Shown: one piece after another, positions 17,125 to 27,121 of the stretch | Layout: each line of letters opens with the position of its first letter | Numbering within the stretch: the first letter of the stretch is position 1 | Assembly: GCA_963803435.1 (NCBI GenBank) | Contig: CAWDML010000006.1 | Coordinates: forward strand, 64,001 to 128,000 | Length of the DNA stretch: 64,000 nucleotides | Direction: 5' to 3' | Source: an uncultured delta proteobacterium | GTDB taxonomy: Bacteria; Myxococcota; Kuafuiibacteriia; Kuafuiibacteriales; Kuafuiibacteriaceae | The notes under the pieces: model-generated | Database searches by the model: none | What the model was told of the DNA's origin: nothing | Seen by the model: the letters and a program-made list of their open reading frames with translations, nothing else | Made by a program: the position numbers and the translations under genes

Positions 17125-18732
17125 TCACGAGCTGGTAGCCCCGAGCTCTGCGATTCCGATCGGCGTTCCGATCGTCAGAGCGATCGGCTGCGTCTCGAGC
17201 GCATCATCCTCCCGGATCGCTCGAGCCAGCTGGTCGTGATCTCCCGTGTCTGAATACTCCGTGCGGATATACGGCGCGCCTCCCGCCGCATATCCAAACG
17301 CGAACCGCGGTTGAAAGATCCGCAAGCTGGCTTGCGCTTCCTCGGGCCCGGCGCAGTGCTGCACCCACTCCTGATGGCGCACGCGCGGGACCCAATCCGC
17401 GTAGAAGTTCCCGTAGCCGAAGCCCGCCGGCATCACGTACGTCTCCGCGTTGCCCGAAACGCCCATGAACGCCAGATCGATCCGGCGCGGGCGCTCGGCG
17501 AGGAATCGGTAGGTCTCGGGCATCTCGCTCGAGTCGGCCGCCAGGAACAGCGACGCCTCCTCGGACTCGATCAGATAGGTGAGCTTCGCCAGGTCGAGCC
17601 CCCACGACTCGCCCGCGAAGGGACACGCGGTCACCGTCAGCGGACCGATCTTGAGCTCGTCCCATGGATCGAGCTCGACGATGTCCGTGAAGCCGAGAAC
17701 CCGGGCCACACCGTAGAGATCGACCTGGTACGGGGCCGGCTCGTTCCCGACCCTCGGCAGATAGATCGGCGTGCTCGGCGGCAGCATCGCCAGCGAGTTC
17801 GGGTTGAGATGATCGTTGTCGCCGTGGGTGATCAGGATGGCGTCGATCCGCGGCAGATCGCGCGGATCGAACCTCGGCTCGTCGTGGCGCTCGGGCGGCT
17901 CACTCGAGGAGAAGAAGAGCGGATCGATCAGCACGTTCGCCCCGTCGATCTGCACCAGCACCGCCGCGTGGCCCAACCAGGTGACCTGCGCGCGTTCGGT
18001 CTCGAAGCGAGCGAAGCCTGGCGCGGTCCGATGTTCGAGCGCCGTGATCAGGTCGAGGAGCTCGAGCATCTTCTCCGCCGGCTCCTGGAGCTTCCTCGGC
18101 ATCGTGTGGACGATCTCCTGGGCGGTGCGCCGGCCGTCGAGCCGCGCCAGGAGGCGGCGGATCACCTCGCCGATCTGCCGGCTGCCGGTGATCGTCACGC
18201 CCAGCACCTCATGACCGCGCTCCAGGCTGGCGAAGCGAACCCCGGTCATCTCGGCGCCGGCGAGATCGCGCCCGCGCGGCATGAAAGGCATGGGCGCAAC
18301 CTGGATTGCGGTCTCGACCGCGGCCGTCGGCCACATCGAGGCCCGGCGCGCGATCGGCCCGCCCCCTTCGAGCACACCGCTCCCCCCGGTGAGGGCCTTG
18401 CCTGGATCCCTCGGAGAGAAGAAGAGGAGCTCCTCCTCGACCAGCTTCCACAGCTTCGCCGGCTTGAGGCCGGCGTCCCTGGCGTGGGTCCACCGCGTCA
18501 TGCCGAGCACGACCGTCGCGACCTCGCGGGACAGCGAGCCGCGCCGCTCGCCGTCCCGGACCACCTCGAGCTGCGCCCAGGTCTCCTCGGGGCGGACGCG
18601 CAGCTCGAGCCCGACGGCTCTGCGGTACCAGAGCTCCGCCGGGTCGTGGACGGGCGCTTCGATCCGCACCGGCTTCCGGACCAGATCGCGCATCGGCCCG
18701 AGACGCTTCCGGAGCAGGTCCTCGAAGCCCAC
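17125..18732 (-). CDS. MBL-fold metalloprotein with long N-terminal domain, CmlA-like
   Basis: VTWLGHAAVLV..LIDP, ITHGDNDH, PFAGE, LAADS, FGYAAG; start (GTG 18732 or ATG 18693) uncertain. Confidence 0.8.
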   Translation of the reverse strand: MGFEDLLRKRLGPMRDLVRKPVRIEAPVHDPAELWYRRAVGLELRVRPEETWAQLEVVRDGERRGSLSREVATVVLGMTRWTHARDAGLKPAKLWKLVEEELLFFSPRDPGKALTGGSGVLEGGGPIARRASMWPTAAVETAIQVAPMPFMPRGRDLAGAEMTGVRFASLERGHEVLGVTITGSRQIGEVIRRLLARLDGRRTAQEIVHTMPRKLQEPAEKMLELLDLITALEHRTAPGFARFETERAQVTWLGHAAVLVQIDGANVLIDPLFFSSSEPPERHDEPRFDPRDLPRIDAILITHGDNDHLNPNSLAMLPPSTPIYLPRVGNEPAPYQVDLYGVARVLGFTDIVELDPWDELKIGPLTVTACPFAGESWGLDLAKLTYLIESEEASLFLAADSSEMPETYRFLAERPRRIDLAFMGVSGNAETYVMPAGFGYGNFYADWVPRVRHQEWVQHCAGPEEAQASLRIFQPRFAFGYAAGGAPYIRTEYSDTGDHDQLARAIREDDALETQPIALTIGTPIGIAELGATSS

Positions 18733-18808
18733 GACACGAGTCGACAACGTCGCCGCAAATTTCTCAACGCTCTCTTCCGTCCGTGTTAGCTTCTTCGCCG
18801 GCAGCCAG

Positions 18809-19342
18809 ATGGCGGACGATCCCAACCGCACCGTGCACGCCCAGCAGGCGTTCGCGCTGACCGAGGTCTTCCAGTACAAGTTCAGCCACGTCGTCTTCGG
18901 ACAGAAGCGCCCCCGGCGGCTCAAGGTCCTCGAGCCGGACGTGTCGACGGCCGGCGGCAAGCGCGCGCGACAGTCGATGGTCCTGGTCCCGGACGAGGGC
19001 GACGGCGGCACGCTGGTGATCGGCTGGCTGGACACGCCCGCGCGGACAGCGGAGCTCCGCAGCTTCAACGTGGTCCGGCAACAGTATCAGGCGCGCTTCA
19101 ACACCGAGATCGACCTGGAGCGGGACGCCTACGATGCGCTGCTCGACGATCTCCGCAGCTTCCTCAAGATCCAGAAGATCGACCTCCGGATCGTCGATAG
19201 CACGGTTCTGCCGCAACCCCCGAGGAAGTCGCCGCCCGAGCCCGCCCAGGGCCGGCCCGTCGTCACCGCCATGCTCGCGATGCTGAGCATCGGCATCCTG
19301 ATCGGGTTCGTACTCGGTTACATCGTTTTCCGGCTGTTGTAG
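18809..19342 (+). CDS. Hypothetical protein with C-terminal membrane anchor
   Basis: MADDPNRT...STAGGKRARQSMVLVP...AELRSF; C-terminal TM; 13 bp before the DHS-like gene. Confidence 0.75.
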   Translation: MADDPNRTVHAQQAFALTEVFQYKFSHVVFGQKRPRRLKVLEPDVSTAGGKRARQSMVLVPDEGDGGTLVIGWLDTPARTAELRSFNVVRQQYQARFNTEIDLERDAYDALLDDLRSFLKIQKIDLRIVDSTVLPQPPRKSPPEPAQGRPVVTAMLAMLSIGILIGFVLGYIVFRLL

Positions 19343-19355
19343 AACCACGGCCGAG

Positions 19356-20420
19356 ATGGCCGATCACATCCGCAACACGGGCAAGTATCACGACGGCTAC
19401 AGCGACGGCTTCGAGCCGGTCGAGTCGATCGATCTCACGAAGATCGAGACCTTCTCGGACATGTTGCGCGCCTACAAGAGCGCATCGTTCGGCGCTCGCC
19501 GCCTCGGCGACGCGTGCGACGTCCTCGAGACGATGATGCGCGATCCCGAGTGCTTCGTCGTGCTGACGCTCTCCGGCGCAATGACCGTCGCCAAGATGGG
19601 GCTGGTCGTGTGCGAGATGATCGAGCGCGGGTACGTCGACCTGATCGTGAGCACCGGGGCGCTCCAGGCCCACGGGATGATCGAGGGCTCGGGCATGAAG
19701 CACTTCAAGTACCGCCCGGGGATGAACGACAAGGAGCTCTACGACGCAGGCTACGACCGCATCTACGATACGCTCGAGCTTGAGCGGAACCTGGACGCCC
19801 TCGAGCTGATCGTGCGGGTGGTGCTCGACGCCATCCCGCCGAATGCGCACGTCGGCAGCCGCGACATCACGCACCGGCTCGGCGAGCACCTCCACGACCA
19901 CTTCGAGGGCGAGCGCGGCATCCTCAAGGCGGCGTACGAGCACCAGGTCCCGGTCATCATCCCCGCCTTCACGGATTCGGAGATGGGCCTCGACGTCGCG
20001 GTCAACAACCAGATCCGCGCCGAGAAGCAGAAGGGACCGATCGTCTTCGACCCGTTCCTCGACCTGAACTTCTACCGGGACACGATCGTGAAGCAGGAGC
20101 GGCTCGGCATCTTCACCATCGGCGGCGGCGTCCCCCGGAACTGGGCCCAGCAGATCGGGCCCTATCTGGAGATCAGCCAGACGCGGCGCGGCATCACCGA
20201 CGGCATCACCAAGCGGTTCAACTACGGGGTCCGCATCTGCCCGGACGCTGAGCACTGGGGCGGGCTCTCCGGCTGCACCTACAGCGAAGGAACCAGCTGG
20301 GGGAAGTTCGTCCCGGAGTCGGAGGGCGGCCGCTTCGCCGAGGTCCTCTGCGACGCCACCTACGTGTGGCCCATCCTCATCAAGGCCCTGATGGAGCGGG
20401 TTCCCCGGAAACAGAAGTAG
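19356..20420 (+). CDS. Deoxyhypusine synthase-like protein (probable polyamine/homospermidine synthesis)
   Basis: TLSGAM, IVSTGA..H, DRIYD, PAFTDSEMG, IGGGVPRNW, GGLSGCTYSEGTSWGK, DAT. Confidence 0.92.
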   Translation: MADHIRNTGKYHDGYSDGFEPVESIDLTKIETFSDMLRAYKSASFGARRLGDACDVLETMMRDPECFVVLTLSGAMTVAKMGLVVCEMIERGYVDLIVSTGALQAHGMIEGSGMKHFKYRPGMNDKELYDAGYDRIYDTLELERNLDALELIVRVVLDAIPPNAHVGSRDITHRLGEHLHDHFEGERGILKAAYEHQVPVIIPAFTDSEMGLDVAVNNQIRAEKQKGPIVFDPFLDLNFYRDTIVKQERLGIFTIGGGVPRNWAQQIGPYLEISQTRRGITDGITKRFNYGVRICPDAEHWGGLSGCTYSEGTSWGKFVPESEGGRFAEVLCDATYVWPILIKALMERVPRKQK

Positions 20421-20494
20421 GAGCGCGACACACGATTGTCGCACGTCCAATCTCGGGCGCCGATGGTATAGGGAGGCGACCTTCAGGTCCTCCC

Positions 20495-23400
20495 ATGATG
20501 TTGTCCAGCTTTGCCCGACTCCTCCTCATCGCCCCCCTCGCCCTGGCCGCCTGCGCCCGCGAAGGGGTGGTCAAGTCCGACGGCGGCACCCAGGACGGAG
20601 GGCCGGACGGCGGGACGGCCGATACGGGCCCGAAGGACGGCGGCGACGTGGTGGTCGGCTGCGACAACCCGGCCATCGACCCGGCGGCGAACGGCGAGAC
20701 CTGCGCCTACACCGCGGGCGGTCCGGCGGTCCTCATCCGCGGCGACATCGTGGTTCCGGACGGGCTGCTCGAGAACGGCCACCTCTTGATTGGCGCGGAC
20801 GGCAAGGTCGCTTGCGCCGCGTGCGACTGCTCCGCCGACCCGGCGTTCTCGGGCGCGGCGGTGGTCGCGTGCGCGAAGGGCCTGGTGTCACCGGGGTTGA
20901 TCAACGCGCACGAGCACCTGACGTTCGACGAGGGCGCACCGGTGGCGCACGGGACGGAGCGCTTCGAGCATCGCCACGACTGGCGCGAGGGCCAGAACGG
21001 GCACACCGATCTGCGGACGCCTTCGAGCAGCAGCGGCACGGATCCGGTGGCCTACGCCGAGCTCCGCCACCTCTTCGGCGGCGCCACCTCGATCAACGGA
21101 TCGGGGGGCGCGTCGGGGCTCCTGCGCAACGTCGACCGGAACGGACAGGACGAGGGCCTCGGTCTCGGCACGGTGCACTACCAGACCTTCCCGCTCGGCG
21201 ACTCCAGCGGTACGCGCCGGACCAACAGCTGCGACTACGGGACGATTGATACGCCCTCGACGATTGGCAACAGCATCGCGTACACGCCGCACATCGCCGA
21301 GGGCATCGACCTGTCGGCGCGGAACGAGTTCGCGTGTTTGTCGGGCGAGGCGGCCGGCAGTACGGACGTCATCTTCGAGAAGACGGCCGTCATCCACGGC
21401 GTCGGCCTGCGCGCCGGAGACTACGCCGAGATGGGCGCGGAGGGCGCGTCGCTGATTCTGGTCGGCCCGCACCAACATCGATTTGTACGGCCACACCGCG
21501 CCGGTGACGCTGGCGGCGAACACGGGCGTCGAGATCGCGCTCGGGACCGACTGGGAGGCCTCGGGCTCGATGAACGTGCTCCGCGAGCTGGCCTGCTTCA
21601 AGGAGTACAACGACCGGAACCTCGGCGGCTTCTTCACCGACCGCCAGCTCCTCGACATGGCCACCAAGAACGGCGCCGACGTGCTCAAGCTGAGCGCCGC
21701 GATCGGCTACCTGGCGCCGGGGCGGTTCGCCGACGTCGCCGTCTTCGATCAGTCCACGCACGACGGCTATCTCGCGGTGCTGAACGGCGAGCCCAAGGAC
21801 GTGGCGCTGGTGATGCGGGCCGGTGCGGCGCTGTACGGTGACGACGCCCTGGTCTCCGGGCTCACCAGCAACAGCGCCGGTTGCGAGGCCCTCGACGTCT
21901 GCGGGAAGCCGAAGCGCGCCTGCGTCATGCGAGAGACCGGCAAGACCATCGCCGACCTCAAGGCGGCCGTCCGCGCCGGGACGATCGATCTGTTCAACTG
22001 CGGCGTGCCCACCGGCGAGCCGAGCTGCATCCCGTTCCGCGTCGGCGAGTTCGACGGCATGCCCACCTCCGGAGATCAGGACGGTGACGGCATCCCCGAC
22101 AGCGCCGACGATTGCCCCACCGTCTTCAATCCGCCGCGCGACGACCTCGATCAAGGCATGCAGGCGGACGCCGACGGCGACATGCAGGGCGACGCCTGCG
22201 ACGTCTGTCCGCTCGACGCCGACAGCACCAGCTGTTCGGTCCCCGATCCCAACGATCGCGACAACGACGGCGTCCCCAACGCGACGGACAACTGTCCCGG
22301 GATCGCGAACATGGATCAGGCGGATCGGGACGGCGACATGATCGGCGACGTCTGCGATCAGTGTCCCGATCAGTCGAACGCCGGCGGCACGCCCTGCAGC
22401 GCCACCGTGTATCAGGTGAAGCAGGGCAGCGTGACCGGCCGGGTGCGGCTCACCGACATGCTGGTGACTGCGCCCGGGAGCAACGGGTACTTCGTGCAGA
22501 CCGTCGAGGGCGACGCCGCCTGGGACGAGACCCTGCGCGAGCGCTACTCCGGGATCTTCATCTTCAACTCCGCCGATCCCAAGCCGGCGCCGGGCGATCG
22601 CGTCGACGTCGACGGCGACGTCCAGGACTTCTTCGGGCAGCTCGAGCTGAGCATGTCGTCGTTCACGGTCCGCTCCAGCGGCGAGGCCGCACCGACGCCG
22701 ATCGTGGTGGACGCGAACGAGGTGAAGACCGGCGGCACGCGCGCCCAGGAGCTGGAGTCGGTGCTGGTCCAGCTCGGCACAGTCACGGTCACCGAGGTCG
22801 AGCCCACCCCAGGCGGCACCGAGACCGCGCCGACCTACGAGTTCGTGGTGAACGGCGTGCTGCGCGTGAACGACTTCCTCTACCGCGCCGACCCCTTCCC
22901 CATGGTCAACGACGTCATCACCAACCTGCAGGGCGTCCTGCGGTTCTCGCAGGAGAACAGCAAGGTGGAGCCCCGCGGGCCGGAGGATTCTGGGGATTCC
23001 CGCCCCGCCTGGTCGGCTTCGAGCCGGCGGTGGCGTACGCGACCACCGGGCTGACGAACGCGGTGCCGGCGGGCGGGCTGGCGGTGCGCCTCAGCCGCGC
23101 CACCGACACGGCGGTTACGATCACGCTGGCCGCGCAGGGCCTGGTCGCGCCCAGCAGTGTCGACATCCCGGCGGGCGCCGACCGCGCCGACGTCCCGATC
23201 ACCACCACGGCGGCGGGCACCGCCACCATCACCGCCAGCTACGACGGGGTGAACGCGGTGAGCCGGGTGATCGTGTACGACGACGCGGCGCCTCGCGGCG
23301 TCGTCGAGCTGACGCTGGAGCGGGCGACGATCGCGGTCTCCAGCACGATCATGGGCGTGGTGCGGATCGATCTGCCCGGCGCCGCCGCGGGCACGCCGGT

Positions 23401-24112
23401 CATGCTGGCGGTGATGCCGCCGAGCCTGGCGATGGTGCCGGCCAGCGTCACGGTCCCGGCCGGCGCGTTCGAGGCCAGCTTCACGCTGATGACCGGGACG
23501 TCGACCGGCGCGGGGACCGTCGTGGCGACGGCACCGGCCGGGAGCCGCCCAGCGTCGTTCTCGGTCTCGGCGTCGATCGATCGGCCGCCGATGGCGGCGG
23601 GGGATCTGGTGATCACCGAGATCCACCGGAACCCGTCGCTGGCGATGAACGAGCAGAACAACGAATGGTTCGAGGTCTTCAACCCGACCGCCGACGGGAT
23701 CGAGATCAACGGTCTGCAGGTCCGGGACAACAACGGCATGCGGATCCTGTCGGCGCCGGGCGTCGCGATCCCCTCCGGCGGCTATGGGGTCATCGCGTAC
23801 AACCTCGCGCCGGCGTCGAACGGCGGTGTCGACGCCCTCGCGGCGTACGGCGGGACGTCGCCGGACATCCTGCTGGCCAACGGCGACGATGAGCTCCACC
23901 TCACCTATCAGGGCACCGAGATCGACGTGGTCGACTGGGGATCGGGCTGGCCGGGCTCGAGCGGGGCGAACGGCATTTCCATGTGCCTCCACTTCCCCTA
24001 TGCGGAGGACAACAACGTGGCCTCGGCCTGGCGCCTCTCGGTCGGCGGCTTCGGAACCGGCGGTGACACGGGTAGCCCCGGCGTCGCCAGCAACGCGACC
24101 AACTGCCCGTAG
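20495..24112 (+). CDS. Lipoprotein: amidohydrolase + thrombospondin type-3 repeats + OB-fold + Ig-like + lamin-tail domain (three apparent +1 errors)
   Basis: LAAC lipobox; PGLINAHEH, HIAEG, IHGV, GTDW; DxDxDGxxDxxDxCP repeats; SGIFIF..GDRVDVDG; GDLVITEI..NP..EWFEVFN; single frame if GATTC at 21454, 22986 and 22995 is GATC. Confidence 0.85.
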
Positions 24113-24586
24113 CGACAGCCTCCTTTCCCCCCTCTTGACTCGACGGCGAGGTCCAAGCCGTAATCTCGCCCGCCTTGGCTCGCGTCGGGATGATCCGTGG
24201 GCTCGCGCTCTTGCTGATCGTCCTCATTTTCTGCGCCGTCTCCCAGCCCGACCCCTCCTGTGACCAGGTCTCGGTGCGGCCCGCCTCGAGCCTGCGGAGG
24301 GTGTGCGGCGACCGCCCGCTCGGCGACGTGGGTGACCTGGCGGACTTCGTGGTGGCGACGCCGCTCCGCGAAGGCCTCTTCGAGCCCCTCGAGCACCCGG
24401 TCACGCCGGTTCCCGTCCTCGCGATCCCGCGGGCGAATCAGACCGTTCGCTGGATCCCGGAGAGCGGTCGCCTCGGCCGAAGTCGACGACGACCCGACCA
24501 CGACCTGAGCGGTCGCCCTTCTCTTTTTTCCATCGCTGTCTCTCGTTTTTGGCGGGCCTCAGGCCGCCAACTTGAAGGAGTGCATC

Positions 24587-24787
24587 ATGAAGCTTTTGAA
24601 GACGATGTTGTGGACCACGCTGTTCGTGTCCTCCCTGGCCTTCGTGTCGGTTCCCCAGATCGCGACTGCCGGCCAGAAGGCCGAGCAGAAGTGCGACTCC
24701 AAGGGGAAGGCTTGCAAGAAGGGCAAGGACTGCAAGCCGGCCAACTGCAAGAAGCCGGAGAAGAAGGACGAAGAGGAGAAGAACTAA
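24587..24787 (+). CDS. 66-aa secreted Cys/Lys-rich peptide
   Basis: AAGGAG RBS; signal peptide ending IATA; mature part QKCDSKGKACKKGKDCKPANCKKPEKKDEEEKN. Confidence 0.75.
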   Translation: MKLLKTMLWTTLFVSSLAFVSVPQIATAGQKAEQKCDSKGKACKKGKDCKPANCKKPEKKDEEEKN

Positions 24788-24798
24788 TCCGATTCGAG

Positions 24799-24850
24799 AG
24801 TCGACAGTCGGCAGCCTCACTGTCCGCGAGACGCTGTCCGACTGTCGGCT
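24799..24850. terminator. Inverted repeat between convergent genes, probable terminator
   Basis: AGTCGACAGTCGG-CAGC ... GCTG-T-CCGACTGTCGGCT followed by TGTTT. Confidence 0.55.
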
Positions 24851-24854
24851 TGTT

Positions 24855-27068
24855 TCAGATCATCATCACGTCGCGCAGGCGGGCGCGCAGCTGCTTGGCC
24901 CGACGGACGGCAAAGATCTCGTCGGCGGTGTCGAGCAGATCGGCCGCCACCTCGAGCTCCTCACGGAAGATCGCGATCTCGGCCTGCTGGACCAGGTGCT
25001 CGGCGGCGTGCTGGCGCTCCATCGCGTCGGCAGAGGCGTCCCGCAGCGACTTTCGCTCGCCGGAGGAGTTGAGCGTGCGTAACGCCTCCTCCAGCTTGCG
25101 CTCGATCTTCTGCACCAGCTCGCGCGTCGACTCATCCTCGCGCCGTCGCATCATGAGCTTCTTGCGCTCGTTGTCGAAGGCGTTCCGGATCTCGCGCTGG
25201 GTCGCGCTCCAATGGATCCCGAGCACCTCGAACGGCGTGGAGTGGCTGCTTCGCTCCAGCTGATCCGTGAGGATGTCCTCGGTGGTGTGGCGCTGCTTCT
25301 CGAGGATCTTCTCCCGATCGACCTTGGCCAGCCGCGCGAAGCCGAGCGCGCAACCGAGCACGCACAGGCGCAGCCCCTCCGAGGGGCCGGCACCGCCGAG
25401 GGTACCGATCGCTCCAAGCGAGGCCGGGCTCTGCGCGACGCGCTGGTAGAAGCGATGCTCCTTCTGGCCGAGCCGAAGCGACGAGTCGATGCCGCTCAGA
25501 TCGATCCGGACCTCGAGGTCGAACTGCTTGGCGAGCCCGCTGGTCAGCTCCTCCTGGGTCCATTTGCGGAGCTCGTTCCGGATCAGCTCGAGCACCAGAT
25601 AGCGCCCGGAGACGGGGAGCAGCTTGGTCCGGATCGGCGGCTCGCTCCACCCGAGGACCTGCAGGCGGCCCTGCGCGAACCCGCTGGGGGCGGCCGCCCG
25701 GTCGACGATCTGTGCGCGCAGCTCGCGGTTGAGCGCGTCCTGGGTCAGCTTGCCCTTCTCCACCAGCAGCGCGCCCAGCGGGCGCGATGGCTCGATCTCG
25801 GGCACCACGGTGTCGATCATCGCGCGGGTCACGGCTCGGGATGCGATCAGGCGCCGCCCGATGACGTCCTCGGCCTTCTCGGGGGCGCGCGTGGCGTAGA
25901 CGACGCGGCCCCGATAGAGCCAGAGACAGATCTCCTCCTCGCCGGTCAGACGCAGCCTGAGATCCAGATCGCTCGAGAGCAGAAAGTCGATCGCGCGCAA
26001 GTACGATCCCTTGGCGCCCGCGATGTCCTTCGGGCGCGAGGCGGTGAAGCTCAGCAGCTCCTCGACCTCGAGCTTGGTCTTCAGATCGACCTCGTACCCA
26101 ATCGCAGGCGACAAGCGGGGGCCGCTGTTCGAGCGCGGCAGCGAGACGGATCCGGTCACGTCCATGAAGGACATCGGCAACGCCAGCTTCCCCGGCTCCT
26201 CCGCCGCGACCTTGAGGGCGGCCTTGACGGTGTCATTGAGGCTGAGGCTGAAGCCGAGCGTCCCCGGTCCCTGGAACATGACCTGGGCCGAGACGGCCAC
26301 GGCCGGGGCTCCGGGGATCATGAGCTGCAGCTCGCGCTGGGTACCCGGCGGCAGAGGTGCGGCCCGCGCCACCAGGGCGCCCTTCTCCAGGTTGATCCGG
26401 TACTGCTCGGCATACTGGGCGTGCGAGCTGAACGCGACGGTGCGGCCGTCCTCCTCGAGGAGCGGCTCGGTGAGAGGATCCGGGCTCGGCTCGGACCGGG
26501 GCGCGGCCCCGACGACCGCGTCGAGCGACGCCTTCAACCTGCGGATCCCGTCCGCGGCCGCGGTGCGATCGGCGAGCCGCAGCGAGTAGAGCTCGCCGCT
26601 GAGCGCGGTGGCGTGGACCTCGATGCGGACGCCGGCATGGCGGAGGATGGCCTGTTCGGGGGGCACCGGGGAGGAGACGACCACCGGCCGCCCCGACCAG
26701 AGCGCCAGCAAGTGCGCGAGCATCTCCACATCGTCGGCCACCTCGAGCACACCCTTGGGATCCAGTACCGGGAGGGCTGGCCCATTGGACAGGTCCGAAA
26801 CACCCTCCTCCGCGGGTGCCTCCTTCTCCGACTCTACGGCCTCGATCAGCTCGAAGATCTCCGGCGACATCGCGAACGTCACCGCAGCCTCGTGCTCGGC
26901 GGCGAAGACGACCTCTCCGTCCAGCTCGGTTCCGAGCAGATCGATCTTCACCCGATCGCGGAACTGCAGCGGGCGATCGATGGCCAGCAGGATGCTGTTC
27001 GGTCTCAGCTGCGTGACGCGTGCGATGAAGCCTTCACCAGAAGGCGGTTTGACGAGGGCGGTCGTCAT
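24855..27068 (-). CDS. PilZ-like domains + DUF4388-like domain + degenerate J-domain protein
   Basis: YRINLEKGALVAR PilZ-like; LWLYRGRVVYA, IGRRL, LGALLVEKGKL; PFEVLGIHWSATQREIRNAF without HPD. Confidence 0.75.
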   Translation of the reverse strand: MTTALVKPPSGEGFIARVTQLRPNSILLAIDRPLQFRDRVKIDLLGTELDGEVVFAAEHEAAVTFAMSPEIFELIEAVESEKEAPAEEGVSDLSNGPALPVLDPKGVLEVADDVEMLAHLLALWSGRPVVVSSPVPPEQAILRHAGVRIEVHATALSGELYSLRLADRTAAADGIRRLKASLDAVVGAAPRSEPSPDPLTEPLLEEDGRTVAFSSHAQYAEQYRINLEKGALVARAAPLPPGTQRELQLMIPGAPAVAVSAQVMFQGPGTLGFSLSLNDTVKAALKVAAEEPGKLALPMSFMDVTGSVSLPRSNSGPRLSPAIGYEVDLKTKLEVEELLSFTASRPKDIAGAKGSYLRAIDFLLSSDLDLRLRLTGEEEICLWLYRGRVVYATRAPEKAEDVIGRRLIASRAVTRAMIDTVVPEIEPSRPLGALLVEKGKLTQDALNRELRAQIVDRAAAPSGFAQGRLQVLGWSEPPIRTKLLPVSGRYLVLELIRNELRKWTQEELTSGLAKQFDLEVRIDLSGIDSSLRLGQKEHRFYQRVAQSPASLGAIGTLGGAGPSEGLRLCVLGCALGFARLAKVDREKILEKQRHTTEDILTDQLERSSHSTPFEVLGIHWSATQREIRNAFDNERKKLMMRRREDESTRELVQKIERKLEEALRTLNSSGERKSLRDASADAMERQHAAEHLVQQAEIAIFREELEVAADLLDTADEIFAVRRAKQLRARLRDVMMI

Positions 27069-27121
27069 GGGGCGCTCGAATCATAGGATCGTTCGACCGC
27101 TCCTCCTACGGAGTGTACCCG

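Noticed and set aside
24175-24560. Possible ORF starting MIRGLALLLIV
   Set aside because: The signal-like start is suggestive, but the frame runs through two better-supported genes and has no recognisable motif.
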